From Flavobacteriales bacterium (GTDB taxonomy: Bacteria > Bacteroidota > Bacteroidia > Flavobacteriales_D > Crocinitomicaceae): DNA of 64,000 bases. The notes under the pieces are model-generated. The model was not told the origin of the DNA, made no database searches, and was given only the letters and a program-made list of their open reading frames with translations. The stretch is from positions 44,897-108,896 of the forward strand of contig CANJNE010000001.1 of NCBI GenBank assembly GCA_947475275.1, given 5' to 3'. Positions 9,520 through 20,036 of this stretch are shown here, piece after piece; position 1 is the first letter of the stretch; the number at the start of each line of letters is the position of its first letter. Position numbers and translations under genes: made by a program.

Positions 9520-11142
9520 TTCCAAAATAGGATTTCCAGTCATCGCACCGTTTCGTTGCAAATTCATAATACTAATTAAAGTTGCACCGATATCAGTTAT
9601 TTCTATTCTACGATGTATTTCTTGATTTTCAACACCTGCACCATACCAAATCAATGGCACATGTGTATCATAATTAAAAGCAGATCCATGGCTTGTGCCC
9701 CTCCTAGCCGTTTCACTATCAGTAGATTTGGGTAAATAACCAGGCTCTAAAATAAACATGACGTCTCCACTTTCTTTTGGGTGATATCCTAAAAAGATCA
9801 TATCTCTCCATTCATCATCAGCACCATTATTCAATTCATCAGCAGTATAAATAGCTTTGATCTCTTCGTATTTTTCAAGTTCACCCTTTACATAATTTGC
9901 AACTTCATCAACTTTTTGATTTGCCAATACGATTTTTTCTTTATCCAAATAAATCGACAAATTCTCTTCAGTAATAATGGGATCAAAACCAAATTTTTCC
10001 ACTGAACTATTTCGAAGTTCGCTAATCACTGTGTCCATAAAAAAATAACCTCCAGGTAAATCGTTATCTATTAGATACTGAGGAACTGGAACAACTGCAT
10101 GATCAGCCGTTAAAAATAACACGAAGTTCTTCTTACCAACTTGTTTTTCCAATTCTTTTATCAATCTTGCAATCTCAAGGTCAAGTCTCAGATACATATC
10201 CTCAATCTCTACAGAATAAGGCCCAAAACTGTGGCCAGCGATATCAGGAGTAGAATAACTAATACAAAGCATATCTGTGATTTCATCCTGTCCAAGCTTT
10301 TCGCCAGCAAGGGCATTCATAGCAAAATCAGTTAGAACCGTATTTGAAAAAGGTGTTATAGTGAATAAAGAATTTGGATTTATATATGCAGACAACTCTT
10401 TAAGATCATAGGGAAATGTTGGGGTTGTTTTATTACCCAATTTTTGTTCATAGGGAGAATCATCAGGACCAGATTCCGTATAACTGGTTATCGAATACAT
10501 TGTCTCCCAGAATTTCTGTATATTTTTTTCTACTAATTTTTGATTATTAAAATCATTTACCCAAGCCGGTAATTCTGACATAAAAAAACTACTCGTAATG
10601 AATTTTCCAGTTTCATAATCAAACCAATAAGAACCATCACTTAAGTGACCTCCAGGTAATATTGCACCTCTGTCTTTAATTGACATTGAAACTACTTTTG
10701 ATGATGAATAAGTTAATTTCAATTGATCACTAACGGTATTTGTTTTTAAATTTTGAGGGGAACATAAACCGTCACTTGATGTCGTTCCGACCGGTGTAAC
10801 ATTAGCGTCGTCAACACAATTTATTACTGCATTTGACTTTCTATCATACCAATCATTTGCGACGATTCCATGGTTATTCGGGGTTGTTCCTGTATATATT
10901 GAGGCATGTCCAGGGCCAGTGAAAGTAGGCACATAATTGTAATGTGTATTGCGACAGTTGGTGCCTTTTTCCATGAGTTTTCGGAAACCATCATCAGAGA
11001 ATTTGTCATAATACCTGTATAAATATTCGTAGCACATTTGATCAACTACAATACCAACAACCAATTTGGGAGCCTCGTTAATTTGGGCATGAATTACAGA
11101 ATGACAAAAAAAAGCAAAGAAATATAAAATCGTTCTTTTCAT
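9499..11142 (-). CDS. pafA: PafA-like alkaline phosphatase (nucleotide pyrophosphatase/phosphodiesterase superfamily)
   Basis: Signal peptide, VVDQM, the nucleophile motif VPTFTGPGHASIYTG, and TADHA. Similar to the Bacteroidota PafA family. Confidence 0.8.
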   Translation of the reverse strand: MKRTILYFFAFFCHSVIHAQINEAPKLVVGIVVDQMCYEYLYRYYDKFSDDGFRKLMEKGTNCRNTHYNYVPTFTGPGHASIYTGTTPNNHGIVANDWYDRKSNAVINCVDDANVTPVGTTSSDGLCSPQNLKTNTVSDQLKLTYSSSKVVSMSIKDRGAILPGGHLSDGSYWFDYETGKFITSSFFMSELPAWVNDFNNQKLVEKNIQKFWETMYSITSYTESGPDDSPYEQKLGNKTTPTFPYDLKELSAYINPNSLFTITPFSNTVLTDFAMNALAGEKLGQDEITDMLCISYSTPDIAGHSFGPYSVEIEDMYLRLDLEIARLIKELEKQVGKKNFVLFLTADHAVVPVPQYLIDNDLPGGYFFMDTVISELRNSSVEKFGFDPIITEENLSIYLDKEKIVLANQKVDEVANYVKGELEKYEEIKAIYTADELNNGADDEWRDMIFLGYHPKESGDVMFILEPGYLPKSTDSETARRGTSHGSAFNYDTHVPLIWYGAGVENQEIHRRIEITDIGATLISIMNLQRNGAMTGNPILELFGTRR

Positions 11143-11224
11143 TAACTGGGAATTTTGTTAAAAATAATCAATGTCAAATAATATGAATAGGTGATTAGCA
11201 TCTATTTTTGCAACAAAAAAACTT

Positions 11225-11815
11225 ATGCTTGGTCTAAAACTTCCAACAGATCCGCGTTGGGTTAATATTGTGGAGAAAAATATTCAAGAAATTCTTACAG
11301 ATCATGCATTTTGTGAGCAAAAAGCTGCAAGCAATGCCATTTCGATAATCGTACAATATCCGCAATTTCCTGATTTAGTGCAAGCCATGACAGCCATTTG
11401 TAAAGAAGAAATGGAGCATTTTGGAATGGTGCATGACAAACTACTAGAAAGAAATCTTGAACTTGGTTTTGAAAGAAGAGATCCTTATGTAAATGACTTA
11501 GCCGATTACCTAAAGAAAAATAAATCTGGTGGGCCAAAAGAAAGCCATTACGTCAATCAAATGCTTTTTGCTGCAATGATAGAAGCCAGGAGTTGCGAAC
11601 GTTTCAAAATTTTGTCAGAACAAATTAATGATGAAGATTTAAAACAATTTTACAGAAGTCTCATGGAAAGCGAAGCCCGTCATTACACCACTTTCATAGG
11701 ATTCGCAAAGAAATATGGAAAAGGAATTGATGTAGATAAACGCTGGCATGAATTCCTAGAATTTGAAGCATCTCTGATGGAAAAATATGGGAAAGGTGAC
11801 ACCATACACGGCTAA
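11225..11815 (+). CDS. miaE: tRNA-(ms2io6A37)-hydroxylase
   Basis: 196 aa with HAFCEQKAA and di-iron ExxH motifs (EEMEHF, ESEARHY). Confidence 0.85.
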   Translation: MLGLKLPTDPRWVNIVEKNIQEILTDHAFCEQKAASNAISIIVQYPQFPDLVQAMTAICKEEMEHFGMVHDKLLERNLELGFERRDPYVNDLADYLKKNKSGGPKESHYVNQMLFAAMIEARSCERFKILSEQINDEDLKQFYRSLMESEARHYTTFIGFAKKYGKGIDVDKRWHEFLEFEASLMEKYGKGDTIHG

Positions 11816-11819
11816 AAAA

Positions 11820-11843
11820 AATAGCCTGCCGAAGCAAGCTATT
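11820..11843. terminator. bidirectional intrinsic terminator hairpin between convergent miaE and the M14 peptidase gene
   Basis: AATAGCCTGC-cgaa-GCAAGCTATT (9 of 10 bp). Preceded by an A8 run, which is a T-run on the minus strand, and followed by T-rich sequence. Confidence 0.6.
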
Positions 11844-11871
11844 CTATTCTTTTCTTATTTATTTTCTAATC

Positions 11872-14703
11872 TTAATAAACTGCAAATTTCATTTGCCCCA
11901 TTCTACCATTCTTCACTGTACGTAAATAATACATTCCAGAGTCCAATTGTTTTAATTTAATGATTTGATTGGAATTAAGAATTTCGCTTTCATGAATCAA
12001 TTTCCCCTGCATATCATAAATTGCCATTACCTGGCCCACATCTAAACCTGTAACTTCAAAAACACCATTATTTGGATTTGGTTGAATAGTTACCCCATTG
12101 TAAAACAAATTGTCAATGTTTGCGCATGCTTCTACCAAAACACTAAGTGTATCATATCCTACACAACCTGTTAAATTGGTATAAGAAGCTATTATTTGAT
12201 GCGTTCCTATTCCTGCAACAGCAGGATCGAAAGCATTACCTGAAATTCCGTTTCCAGTAACGGTTGAACCAGCAGGTGAAACGTTCAATTGGGTCGGTCC
12301 ATCATTAATACACATCGTATTATTTGAAATTGAAGAAGTCAAATTAACAACTGGGTTAGCCACAACCGTTACGGCATTTGTCATCGTGTAAGTGTCGTTT
12401 CCAGCAGCGTTAGAAACCACAAGACTAACGGCATACACTCCAGGAGCTGGGTAAACATGTGCAGGATTTTGATCGGTTGATGAAGTGTTATCACCGAAAT
12501 TCCATGTCCATGAAGTTGGAACATCTGTGGAAAAATCAGTAAAACCTACACTTTCACCTTCACATATGGTTGCAGTACTTACCGTGAAATTTGCAGTTGG
12601 TGCAACAGCAGGCCCTTGCTGATTGAAAAAGATTTTAAAATCATCAAAATAAAACCCGTCAGCAGCTTGACCACCGTCTGTCCTCAATTGAAAACGAACC
12701 TTAATAACTTGACCTAAATAATCACTCAAATTTACCTCATCAAGAACCCAAGATGATTGGACTCCTTCGTAAACAGGTTGATTGTTTGGTTGAACACTTC
12801 CATTTGCACTTGTTCCAGGAACAGTGAAATTCGTACATTGAGCAGTCCATGTTGTTCCTCCATCAGTTGACACTTGAAATTGAACACAATCAAAATCTGC
12901 CTCTATGTTCCACTTTGCATAATAGGAAATGGCGGCAGAAACGGCATTGGTTAAATCTATTGTTGGAACATACGTGTAAGTTTTATTTGCATTATTTGTA
13001 TAATTTCCAGTTGGAGAATCTGTAAAAGACTTAGTCGGAGAAACAAACGTTGATGTCGTTGTATTCCATGTTTGACTTGCCACCCAATTGCCATTTGTTG
13101 TGGCGTCTTCCAATACTTGAAGTGTTATGGCACCGTATGTTTTAACGATTGTATCTCGTTTAATCCACATACCGTTATCAGTTAATAAGACATACCTTAT
13201 CTCATCTCCAAACTGAATAGCCGGATTTAAGGTGTATGAAATTGCGCCAGGTGCAGTTTGCATAACAGTCAAGTTATGAACTACAGGACTACCAACAGAT
13301 GCAATGTTTAATAAAGGTTGAATGGATACCGTAACCGGACCATCTTCCCTACCTAATCGGTACGCAGAGTGATTGAAATTTCCAGTTATGGTAGCAATAG
13401 AGTTAGGGTCTTCATCACTAGCCAAAACATACTTTCTTGCAATGTGAGCCAATACTAAATTAGGAAAAACCATTTCTTTGCAGGTAGCATCTATTTGGCT
13501 AGACGGTTGCCAAAATGCTGTACCAACCTCTGGCGTATGCACAAAAATGGTATCTTTTTGATTTACACCGATATCTACTTTATACATATAATCATCAGAA
13601 TCTCCAGATGCAGGATAAAGAGCTGAACTTTTTTGTGCTGTATATCCGTTATATTGAACCATGTGGTTGGCTTCTGCTTGAAAATAGTTGTGATGCATTG
13701 CGAATTCGGCAGTTGTAGTTCCAATAGGAAAGAGGATATCTTCTGCATAGGTATGTGCATTAAAAGCTGTAATAAAATTATTATTCTGAACCAACCAACG
13801 CATGGCTTGTGTTTCTGGCTCAGAAAAAACCGAAGGTCCACAGTAAGTATCATTAGAAGTATTTGTACTGGTTCCAGTTGTTCCCCATCCGTAGGAATAA
13901 TTTCTATTCAAATCAACTCCATAAACACCCCCACCATTATTTCTGCGGTTCTTTCTCCACATCCCTCCTCCATTTGGATTCGTTGTTTGGTTGTAAACAT
14001 ATCCATCTGGATTTATGCAAGGAACAAAATAGAGTTGAAGATTATTAACTAAATATGTTACCTCATCATTGGTTCCATAATTTTCTAATAGATACCACAT
14101 GTAAAAAACCGTCTCCATCAAACTCATTGGTTCACGCGCATGATGTATCGCAGTGTATAAAACTTTAGGCTCTACTGCTTCATCTGTATTTGGATTATCA
14201 GATAACCTCACATAATAAATAGGCCTGTTTTCATGTGTCAAAAAAGTAGAAATCGGCGCTTTTGAAGTTATCAAATTCGGATATTGCGTCACCATTGCAT
14301 CAAGTTCTGCTAACATTTCGGTATACTTCAAATAACCACCCATCGTACCTAAATTGAAATTGGTTGGTGTTGCAGGTGAAAAACCAGAACTGCCTCCCGA
14401 TCCTGAACATGATGCGTTTTTCAATGGCACCTCTTCTTCGATTTGATCGATGTAATACTGCTGAACGTCTGGTATCAATATTTCATATTCAAAGCCATTT
14501 GACGACATTATTTCTATCTCCTGAGATGAAAAATCGGATATAAAAAAAGTATTTTGCTTATATGTACCGTGATCTACAGTAACACCTAAACTCGACAAAT
14601 GAGCCAATCCGCTGGCGTCTGCATAAACTTTTACCCTAGAATAATTTTGAGAAAATCCCAAAGAAACAAGACAACACAGTGTTAAAGACAAAAGATATTT
14701 CAT
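11872..14703 (-). CDS. secreted M14 zinc carboxypeptidase with PKD domain and T9SS type-A C-terminal sorting domain
   Basis: Signal peptide MKYLLSLTLCCLVSLGFSQ from the ATG at 14703 (the track TTG start is at 14733). M14 HxxE motif in YTAIHHAREPMS. PKD signature WTWNFGDNTSSTDQNPAHVYPAPGVYAVSLVV. C-terminal ~80 aa (QPNPNNGVFEV...IYDMQGKLI...SGMYYLRT) is like a type-A CTD. Confidence 0.85.
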   Translation of the reverse strand: MKYLLSLTLCCLVSLGFSQNYSRVKVYADASGLAHLSSLGVTVDHGTYKQNTFFISDFSSQEIEIMSSNGFEYEILIPDVQQYYIDQIEEEVPLKNASCSGSGGSSGFSPATPTNFNLGTMGGYLKYTEMLAELDAMVTQYPNLITSKAPISTFLTHENRPIYYVRLSDNPNTDEAVEPKVLYTAIHHAREPMSLMETVFYMWYLLENYGTNDEVTYLVNNLQLYFVPCINPDGYVYNQTTNPNGGGMWRKNRRNNGGGVYGVDLNRNYSYGWGTTGTSTNTSNDTYCGPSVFSEPETQAMRWLVQNNNFITAFNAHTYAEDILFPIGTTTAEFAMHHNYFQAEANHMVQYNGYTAQKSSALYPASGDSDDYMYKVDIGVNQKDTIFVHTPEVGTAFWQPSSQIDATCKEMVFPNLVLAHIARKYVLASDEDPNSIATITGNFNHSAYRLGREDGPVTVSIQPLLNIASVGSPVVHNLTVMQTAPGAISYTLNPAIQFGDEIRYVLLTDNGMWIKRDTIVKTYGAITLQVLEDATTNGNWVASQTWNTTTSTFVSPTKSFTDSPTGNYTNNANKTYTYVPTIDLTNAVSAAISYYAKWNIEADFDCVQFQVSTDGGTTWTAQCTNFTVPGTSANGSVQPNNQPVYEGVQSSWVLDEVNLSDYLGQVIKVRFQLRTDGGQAADGFYFDDFKIFFNQQGPAVAPTANFTVSTATICEGESVGFTDFSTDVPTSWTWNFGDNTSSTDQNPAHVYPAPGVYAVSLVVSNAAGNDTYTMTNAVTVVANPVVNLTSSISNNTMCINDGPTQLNVSPAGSTVTGNGISGNAFDPAVAGIGTHQIIASYTNLTGCVGYDTLSVLVEACANIDNLFYNGVTIQPNPNNGVFEVTGLDVGQVMAIYDMQGKLIHESEILNSNQIIKLKQLDSGMYYLRTVKNGRMGQMKFAVY

Positions 14704-14855
14704 TCTAATAATTTTTAGGTTTGAAAAATACAAAGATTTCTTCGAATAAATTACAAAGGTGTTTTTAATTAATCAACTTAAATTAACAATAACGATGGCA
14801 AAAGATTTAGCAACATTTATCATTAATGGTTAATTTTAGACATCTAACTTTCAAT

Positions 14856-16655
14856 ATGGAAAATTCGAAAATATCATTCGGGAAAATATTTTGGCCAACT
14901 TTTGTTGCAATTGCTATCATGACCTTCATTGGGTTAATTTTCTTTTTTCTGATTCTCTTTGGAGTAATCGGTAGTATTGCTGGTTCAGGTGATTCATCCT
15001 TAGTCATTAAAGAAAATTCTATTCTTCATATGAAACTTAAAGGACCCATTAATGAGCGTGCTAACAATGAAATAGATCCGATGTTACTTAATCTTAATTC
15101 CAACATTGGTTTGAGCGATATTTTACTTGGATTTGATGAAGCAGCAAAAGATGAAAATATTAAAGGGATTTTTATTGAAATTGACGATTTACAATGTGGA
15201 TATGCTACCGCCAAAGCAATTCGAAATGCCATAAATAAATTTGAAGCTTCAGGTAAATTTGTTGTTACCTATAACTCAGGTGAAGTAATTACCCAAAAGG
15301 AATATTACTTAAGCTCAGCAGCAAATGAAATATATGGATTCCCTACCTCCGTTATGGAATTTTTAGGATTGGGAACAGAAATTTCATTTTTTAAAGATGG
15401 TTTAGACATGCTAGAAATTGAATTTCAAGTGATTAGAGGCTCTAACAATGATTTCAAAAGTGCTGTTGAACCTTATTTTCTTGATGCAATGAGTGACTCA
15501 AGTAGAGTACAAATTAACGCCTACCTTGCCTCTATGTGGAAAGACTTAAAAAATGAAATCTCAATTGACAGAAAGGTAAGCACGAATACCCTTAACATGA
15601 TAGCTGATAGTGCTTTAGTTCAAAGAAGTACTGACGCCGTCAAATATAAATTAATGGATGCTGTAATGTATAAGGATGAAGTTTTAGAGCATCTTAAGAA
15701 AAAAATAAAATTGAATGAAGATGAAAAACTTGAGTTAGTTGCTATGGAGAAATATTGTAGGAATAAGTTTTTAGATAATCAAACGCTCATAAAAATGGAT
15801 AATCCAAATATTGCCATTATTACGGCAGAAGGAGAAATTTCTAAGGGTGGTGATGGATTAAATTCTAATAAAATCTGCAATTATTTTCGCGAAGTAAGAG
15901 AGAATGACAGTATCAAAGTTGTTATCTTAAGAATAAATAGCCCAGGAGGCAGTGCTCTAGCAAGTGAAGAAATTTGGCGAGAAGTTTATCTTACGAATTT
16001 GAAAAAGAAAGTAATAGTTTCAATGGGAGATGTAGCAGCTTCCGGCGGTTACTACATTGCGTCTCCTGCATATCGTATTTTTGCAGAATCGAATACGATT
16101 ACCGGTTCAATTGGTGTGTTCGGCTTAATTCCATTTACAGGGAAAATGTTTGAAAATAAACTAGGTGTAAAATTTGACCGGGCTTCAACCAATAAATATG
16201 CTCTCATGTCATTAAACAAGAAACTAACAAATGATGAGTTTCAAATGATACAAAACCAAATTGATAGTACATATCAATTGTTTTTAGAGAGGGTTGCAAG
16301 CGGCAGAAAGAAAAGCAAAGAAGAAATTAATGCTGCAGCAAGAGGAAGAGTATGGACAGGATCTGACGCCCTTAAAAAAGGACTTGTAGATGAGCTAGGC
16401 GGAATAGATAAAGCGCTTAACTACGCTATGGATATTGCTAAAATTGGTGATCCGAAAATTGTGCATTATCCTAAAGCATCGGTAAATCAGCTAGCCAATA
16501 TTTTAGAATTGTTTGAAGAATCTGATGAGGAAAATAATGAATCAAATATCTCAATTATTACACAAAGCACCATCAATTTTATTCGAACCCTTGAAACATT
16601 TGAAAATAACGGCGTAATACAAATGAGAATACCTTATCTAATCAACATTAATTAA
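14856..16655 (+). CDS. sppA: signal peptide peptidase SppA, 67K type
   Basis: N-terminal TM segment, two ClpP/crotonase-like halves, and GDVAASGGYYIA. The ATG at 14856 (MENSKISFGKIFW) is preferred over 14826. Confidence 0.9.
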   Translation: MENSKISFGKIFWPTFVAIAIMTFIGLIFFFLILFGVIGSIAGSGDSSLVIKENSILHMKLKGPINERANNEIDPMLLNLNSNIGLSDILLGFDEAAKDENIKGIFIEIDDLQCGYATAKAIRNAINKFEASGKFVVTYNSGEVITQKEYYLSSAANEIYGFPTSVMEFLGLGTEISFFKDGLDMLEIEFQVIRGSNNDFKSAVEPYFLDAMSDSSRVQINAYLASMWKDLKNEISIDRKVSTNTLNMIADSALVQRSTDAVKYKLMDAVMYKDEVLEHLKKKIKLNEDEKLELVAMEKYCRNKFLDNQTLIKMDNPNIAIITAEGEISKGGDGLNSNKICNYFREVRENDSIKVVILRINSPGGSALASEEIWREVYLTNLKKKVIVSMGDVAASGGYYIASPAYRIFAESNTITGSIGVFGLIPFTGKMFENKLGVKFDRASTNKYALMSLNKKLTNDEFQMIQNQIDSTYQLFLERVASGRKKSKEEINAAARGRVWTGSDALKKGLVDELGGIDKALNYAMDIAKIGDPKIVHYPKASVNQLANILELFEESDEENNESNISIITQSTINFIRTLETFENNGVIQMRIPYLININ

Positions 16656-16656
16656 A

Positions 16657-17358
16657 TTATGTTGTTTTTGTCTTTGATTTCTTAAATTTCACCCTCGTAC
16701 GCTTGAGTTTTTTCTTTTTAAAAGTGTTTTTAGTTTTCACCTTATCTTGACGGTATACAACGCCTGCAGAATATTGAAAATAATTGTATGGGGTTTTGAA
16801 TAAGTCAACAGCCAGTGCTTTTTTACCCATTACTTGAAGTTGGATTCCAATTTGGTTGGTCACCCAAATGTTAGTCCCTAAAGCCAAATTTATTGTTGGT
16901 GTGAGTTTTTTAGGCAATGGTTTTCTGTATGTAAGCCCCATACCAAAAGATAAATAAGGTTCAACAAATTCCATTCCCAGTCTTCGAGCCGGTGAGAATT
17001 TTGCATGAACATCTGCAGACCAAAAAAGACCTTTATATCCTGTTACACCATCAACATACTTGTTTTCACGATACTTATTAAAAGCAAGCATCGCCTCAAC
17101 ACTCCAATCCCTGTAAATATATTTATCTACGGTAAATCTAAATGGTAAATAGGAACTTTGCCAAGACCCAGAAATATCAACCAAATTTGTCATTGGTTTT
17201 TCATTGTCATTGACAGTATTCCAACTCACACCAAACATTAAATCATATGGATTCTTATTTGCCAACATTTTCCATGGTTGAGACCAACCATTAAGGACAA
17301 AAAACAATGCAAATAAAAAAATTAATGACTTATTGGTTAGTAGTGATTTTTTATACAT
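16657..17358 (-). CDS. outer-membrane beta-barrel protein (hypothetical) with polybasic C-terminal tail
   Basis: Signal peptide, alternating aromatic/hydrophobic beta-strand pattern, and a last strand YFQYSAGVVYRQ followed by DKVKTKNTFKKKKLKRTRVKFKKSKTKTT. Confidence 0.5.
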   Translation of the reverse strand: MYKKSLLTNKSLIFLFALFFVLNGWSQPWKMLANKNPYDLMFGVSWNTVNDNEKPMTNLVDISGSWQSSYLPFRFTVDKYIYRDWSVEAMLAFNKYRENKYVDGVTGYKGLFWSADVHAKFSPARRLGMEFVEPYLSFGMGLTYRKPLPKKLTPTINLALGTNIWVTNQIGIQLQVMGKKALAVDLFKTPYNYFQYSAGVVYRQDKVKTKNTFKKKKLKRTRVKFKKSKTKTT

Positions 17359-17427
17359 GCTGCTGAAGAATCTTAAAAAAGTGTTCTAAATTAATTATTT
17401 CTGAAAACTTCCCAATGTAAAACCTAA

Positions 17428-18780
17428 TTATTTCGAAGCTAGACTGACAAAATCATCATAACTAACCTTTCGTTCATTTATTTTGACTGTTTCTTTGAAG
17501 TATTGCGTTAATTTTTGTTCAGCCATCATATCATATATCCTGTTAGCTTCTTCTTTGTTGGTGAGAACGCGAATTGCCGATTCAGTTAATTCTTTATCTT
17601 CAGGAGCAGGTATACCATATTGGGCATAATTGTTAACGAGCAAAACTTTCGTGAAATCAATAACCTCTTCATTGTTCAATTGAATATTGTTGGACTTAAA
17701 AATAAAACCTTGAATGAGTTGCCATTTTAAGCTTTGTGAATAGGCATCATATTCCGCTTCAATTTGTTCAATTGAAATTTTCTTTTCATTCGATATTGCT
17801 ATCCAACGTTTTAAGAATGCATCTGGCAAAGGCAACGCGGTGTTTTCCATTAAATGATTGTAAACAGTTTTTGTAAACAATCTTTCAGAATCATTCGAAA
17901 ACATGTTTTCCAAATCTTTTTTAACACGATCGCGCAATTCCTCCTCACTATTTACCGTTTCCGGTCCGAACAATTTATCAAACAATTCTTGATCAAGTTC
18001 AGCCATTTCCATTCGTTTAATCTCATTGATTGTAACACGAAATGAGTCCGAAACACCATGAAGTTCTTCTTGTCTAATTCCCAACATTGACGCCATATCA
18101 CTAGCACCTTTTGAAATATTAGCTGGATTAACGATTAAAGATTCTCCTGTTTTCTTACCAACAAACAAAGACTTGGTATTATCATCTTCTAGAAATTCTA
18201 ATGAAATGGTTGAAGAATTGTTCAACCCTCCATCTTTGTTTTCGTTTTCGTTTGTTAGTTCAACCAACTGAACCATTAACATTTCATTCCCACTTACCTC
18301 TTCTACGTTGGATAATTTACCATAACGTCGACGTAAATCTTCAACTTGCTTCTCGATTAATTTATCATCAACATCAATCAAATTGTAATCGAAAGTTGAC
18401 TTGCTAGATAAATTTAAATTGATAACTGGTGACAAACCAATTTCATATTCAAATTCAAAAGTTTCCGGCGAATCAAAATTACCTTTAACATCTGAACCTT
18501 CTTTTGGAATTGGATTACCTAAAACTTCAATATTATTTTCCTTAATATGGTTGAATAAAGCATCATTAACCAACTTATTCAATTCCTCGGCTAGTGCAGC
18601 TTTCCCATATTGTTTTTTTATCAAACCTACTGGAACATGTCCTGGTCTAAACCCAGGTATTTTAGCCGTTTTACGATATTTTACTATCGTAGCATTCCAA
18701 TTATTAATGTAATCTGCAGCTACTACTTCTACCTTCAATACTGCATTCAAATCATCGATGTTTATCCGACTAACATTCAT
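17428..18780 (-). CDS. tig: trigger factor
   Basis: 450 aa with the N-terminal ribosome-binding signature IPGFRPGHVP and an overall Tig layout. Confidence 0.9.
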   Translation of the reverse strand: MNVSRINIDDLNAVLKVEVVAADYINNWNATIVKYRKTAKIPGFRPGHVPVGLIKKQYGKAALAEELNKLVNDALFNHIKENNIEVLGNPIPKEGSDVKGNFDSPETFEFEYEIGLSPVINLNLSSKSTFDYNLIDVDDKLIEKQVEDLRRRYGKLSNVEEVSGNEMLMVQLVELTNENENKDGGLNNSSTISLEFLEDDNTKSLFVGKKTGESLIVNPANISKGASDMASMLGIRQEELHGVSDSFRVTINEIKRMEMAELDQELFDKLFGPETVNSEEELRDRVKKDLENMFSNDSERLFTKTVYNHLMENTALPLPDAFLKRWIAISNEKKISIEQIEAEYDAYSQSLKWQLIQGFIFKSNNIQLNNEEVIDFTKVLLVNNYAQYGIPAPEDKELTESAIRVLTNKEEANRIYDMMAEQKLTQYFKETVKINERKVSYDDFVSLASK

Positions 18781-18807
18781 TATTCAAGTTGTTTTCAATT
18801 ATGACTA

Positions 18808-18838
18808 AACAAAAATGGTCTCGCAAAACGAGACCATT
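18808..18838 (-). terminator. intrinsic terminator directly downstream of tRNA-Leu
   Basis: AATGGTCTCG-caaaa-CGAGACCATT (18814..18838). The A-run at 18810..18815 gives a T-run after the hairpin on the minus strand. Confidence 0.65.
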
Positions 18839-18840
18839 AG

Positions 18841-18922
18841 TGCGGATGGAGGGACTCGAACCCGCACACCTCTCGGCACTAGATCCTAAGTCTAGCGTGT
18901 CTACCAATTTCACCACATCCGC
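18841..18922 (-). tRNA. tRNA-Leu (anticodon TAG), class II with long variable arm; CCA not encoded
   Basis: Reverse complement: GCGGATG TG GTGAAATTGGTAGACAC G CTAGA CTTAGGA TCTAG T GCCGAGAGGTGT GCGGG TTCGAGT CCCTC CATCCGC A. The acceptor pairs 7/7 and the anticodon loop is CT-TAG-GA. My hand fold has one C-U mismatch in the T-stem. Confidence 0.9.
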
Positions 18923-19120
18923 AATTATATATTTCAATACTTCAGGTGTCGATTCACCTTTAATTCCTCAAAAAGAGGAGTGCAAAGATAAAGGATTATT
19001 CCAAATTTAAAAACACATTAGAAATATTTTTATCCAAATTACACTTTTGTGAATAAGTATTTCTATTTGATTTGGGAACCTTAATGAATTCAAATTAATT
19101 TTGTTTTATCGAATTTTCGT

Positions 19121-20017
19121 ATGATAAGTTTTGATCCAAAAGACCTTGCAATTCCAAAATTGCATCAATATTTATTGGGAGCCATAGGTCCAAGACCTAT
19201 TGCGTTTGCTTCAACTATTAACGAAGAGGGCGTCCCCAATTTGGCTCCTTTCAGTTTTTTTAATGTTTTCAGCGCAAATCCTCCCATTCTTATTTTTTCT
19301 CCAGCTCGATCAGGAAGAACTAACACAACGAAAGACACCTACGAAAACGTTAAAAAAGTTCCGGAAGTAGTAATAAACATTGTCAATTACGAATTGGTGC
19401 ATCAAATGAGTCTGGCCAGTTCGCCATACGCATCAGGTACTAATGAATTTATAAAATCGGGCTTACACGAATTGCCTTCATTAAAAGTTAAACCACCAAG
19501 GGTTGCAGAATCACCTGTTCAATTTGAATGTAAGGTAAATCAAGTTATTGAATTAGGCGCAGAAGGCGGAGCAGGAAATCTTATAATATGCGAGGTTATT
19601 CAATTTCACATTGATGAAAAGGTGTTGGACATTAACCAGATGATTGATCAGAAAAAAATTGATCTCGTTGCACGCATGGGTGGTAATTGGTATTGCAGAG
19701 CAGATGAAAAGTCAATGTTCGAAATCGAAAAACCTATTACCAGCTGCGGTATAGGATTCGATCAAATACCGAAAGACATTCTGAATTCAGAAATTTTATC
19801 AGGAAATGATTTGGGTCAATTAGGGGGTATAGAAGCCTTACCTGATGAGACAGAAGTTAATGAATTCAAACTCCTTGAATTGAGCGATTTATTCATAACT
19901 TTAGAAGATGACGCCCTCATCTTAGAGAAAGCACTTCATCAAAAAGCTAAAACCCTTCTGAAAGAAAACAAATTAAAAGAAGCATGGATGACTCTGCTTT
20001 CTTTCAATAATAATTAA
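19121..20017 (+). CDS. flavin reductase-like (FMN-binding split barrel) family protein
   Basis: The N-terminal ~200 aa (GPRPIAFASTINEEGVPNLAPFSFFN...) is typical of the flavin reductase domain. Confidence 0.75.
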   Translation: MISFDPKDLAIPKLHQYLLGAIGPRPIAFASTINEEGVPNLAPFSFFNVFSANPPILIFSPARSGRTNTTKDTYENVKKVPEVVINIVNYELVHQMSLASSPYASGTNEFIKSGLHELPSLKVKPPRVAESPVQFECKVNQVIELGAEGGAGNLIICEVIQFHIDEKVLDINQMIDQKKIDLVARMGGNWYCRADEKSMFEIEKPITSCGIGFDQIPKDILNSEILSGNDLGQLGGIEALPDETEVNEFKLLELSDLFITLEDDALILEKALHQKAKTLLKENKLKEAWMTLLSFNNN

Positions 20018-20036
20018 CAATAATAAATTAAAAGTC

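Noticed and set aside
18789-19010. A 73-aa plus-strand ORF in the track.
   Set aside because: It overlaps the tRNA-Leu gene and its terminator on the opposite strand, and its translation is simply the tRNA complement.
19030-19040. DnaA-box-like 9-mers (TTATCCAAA at about 19031 and TTATCCATC at about 21225), considered as a possible oriC.
   Set aside because: These are isolated imperfect matches with no cluster, no adjacent AT-rich unwinding element, and no dnaA or dnaN nearby.
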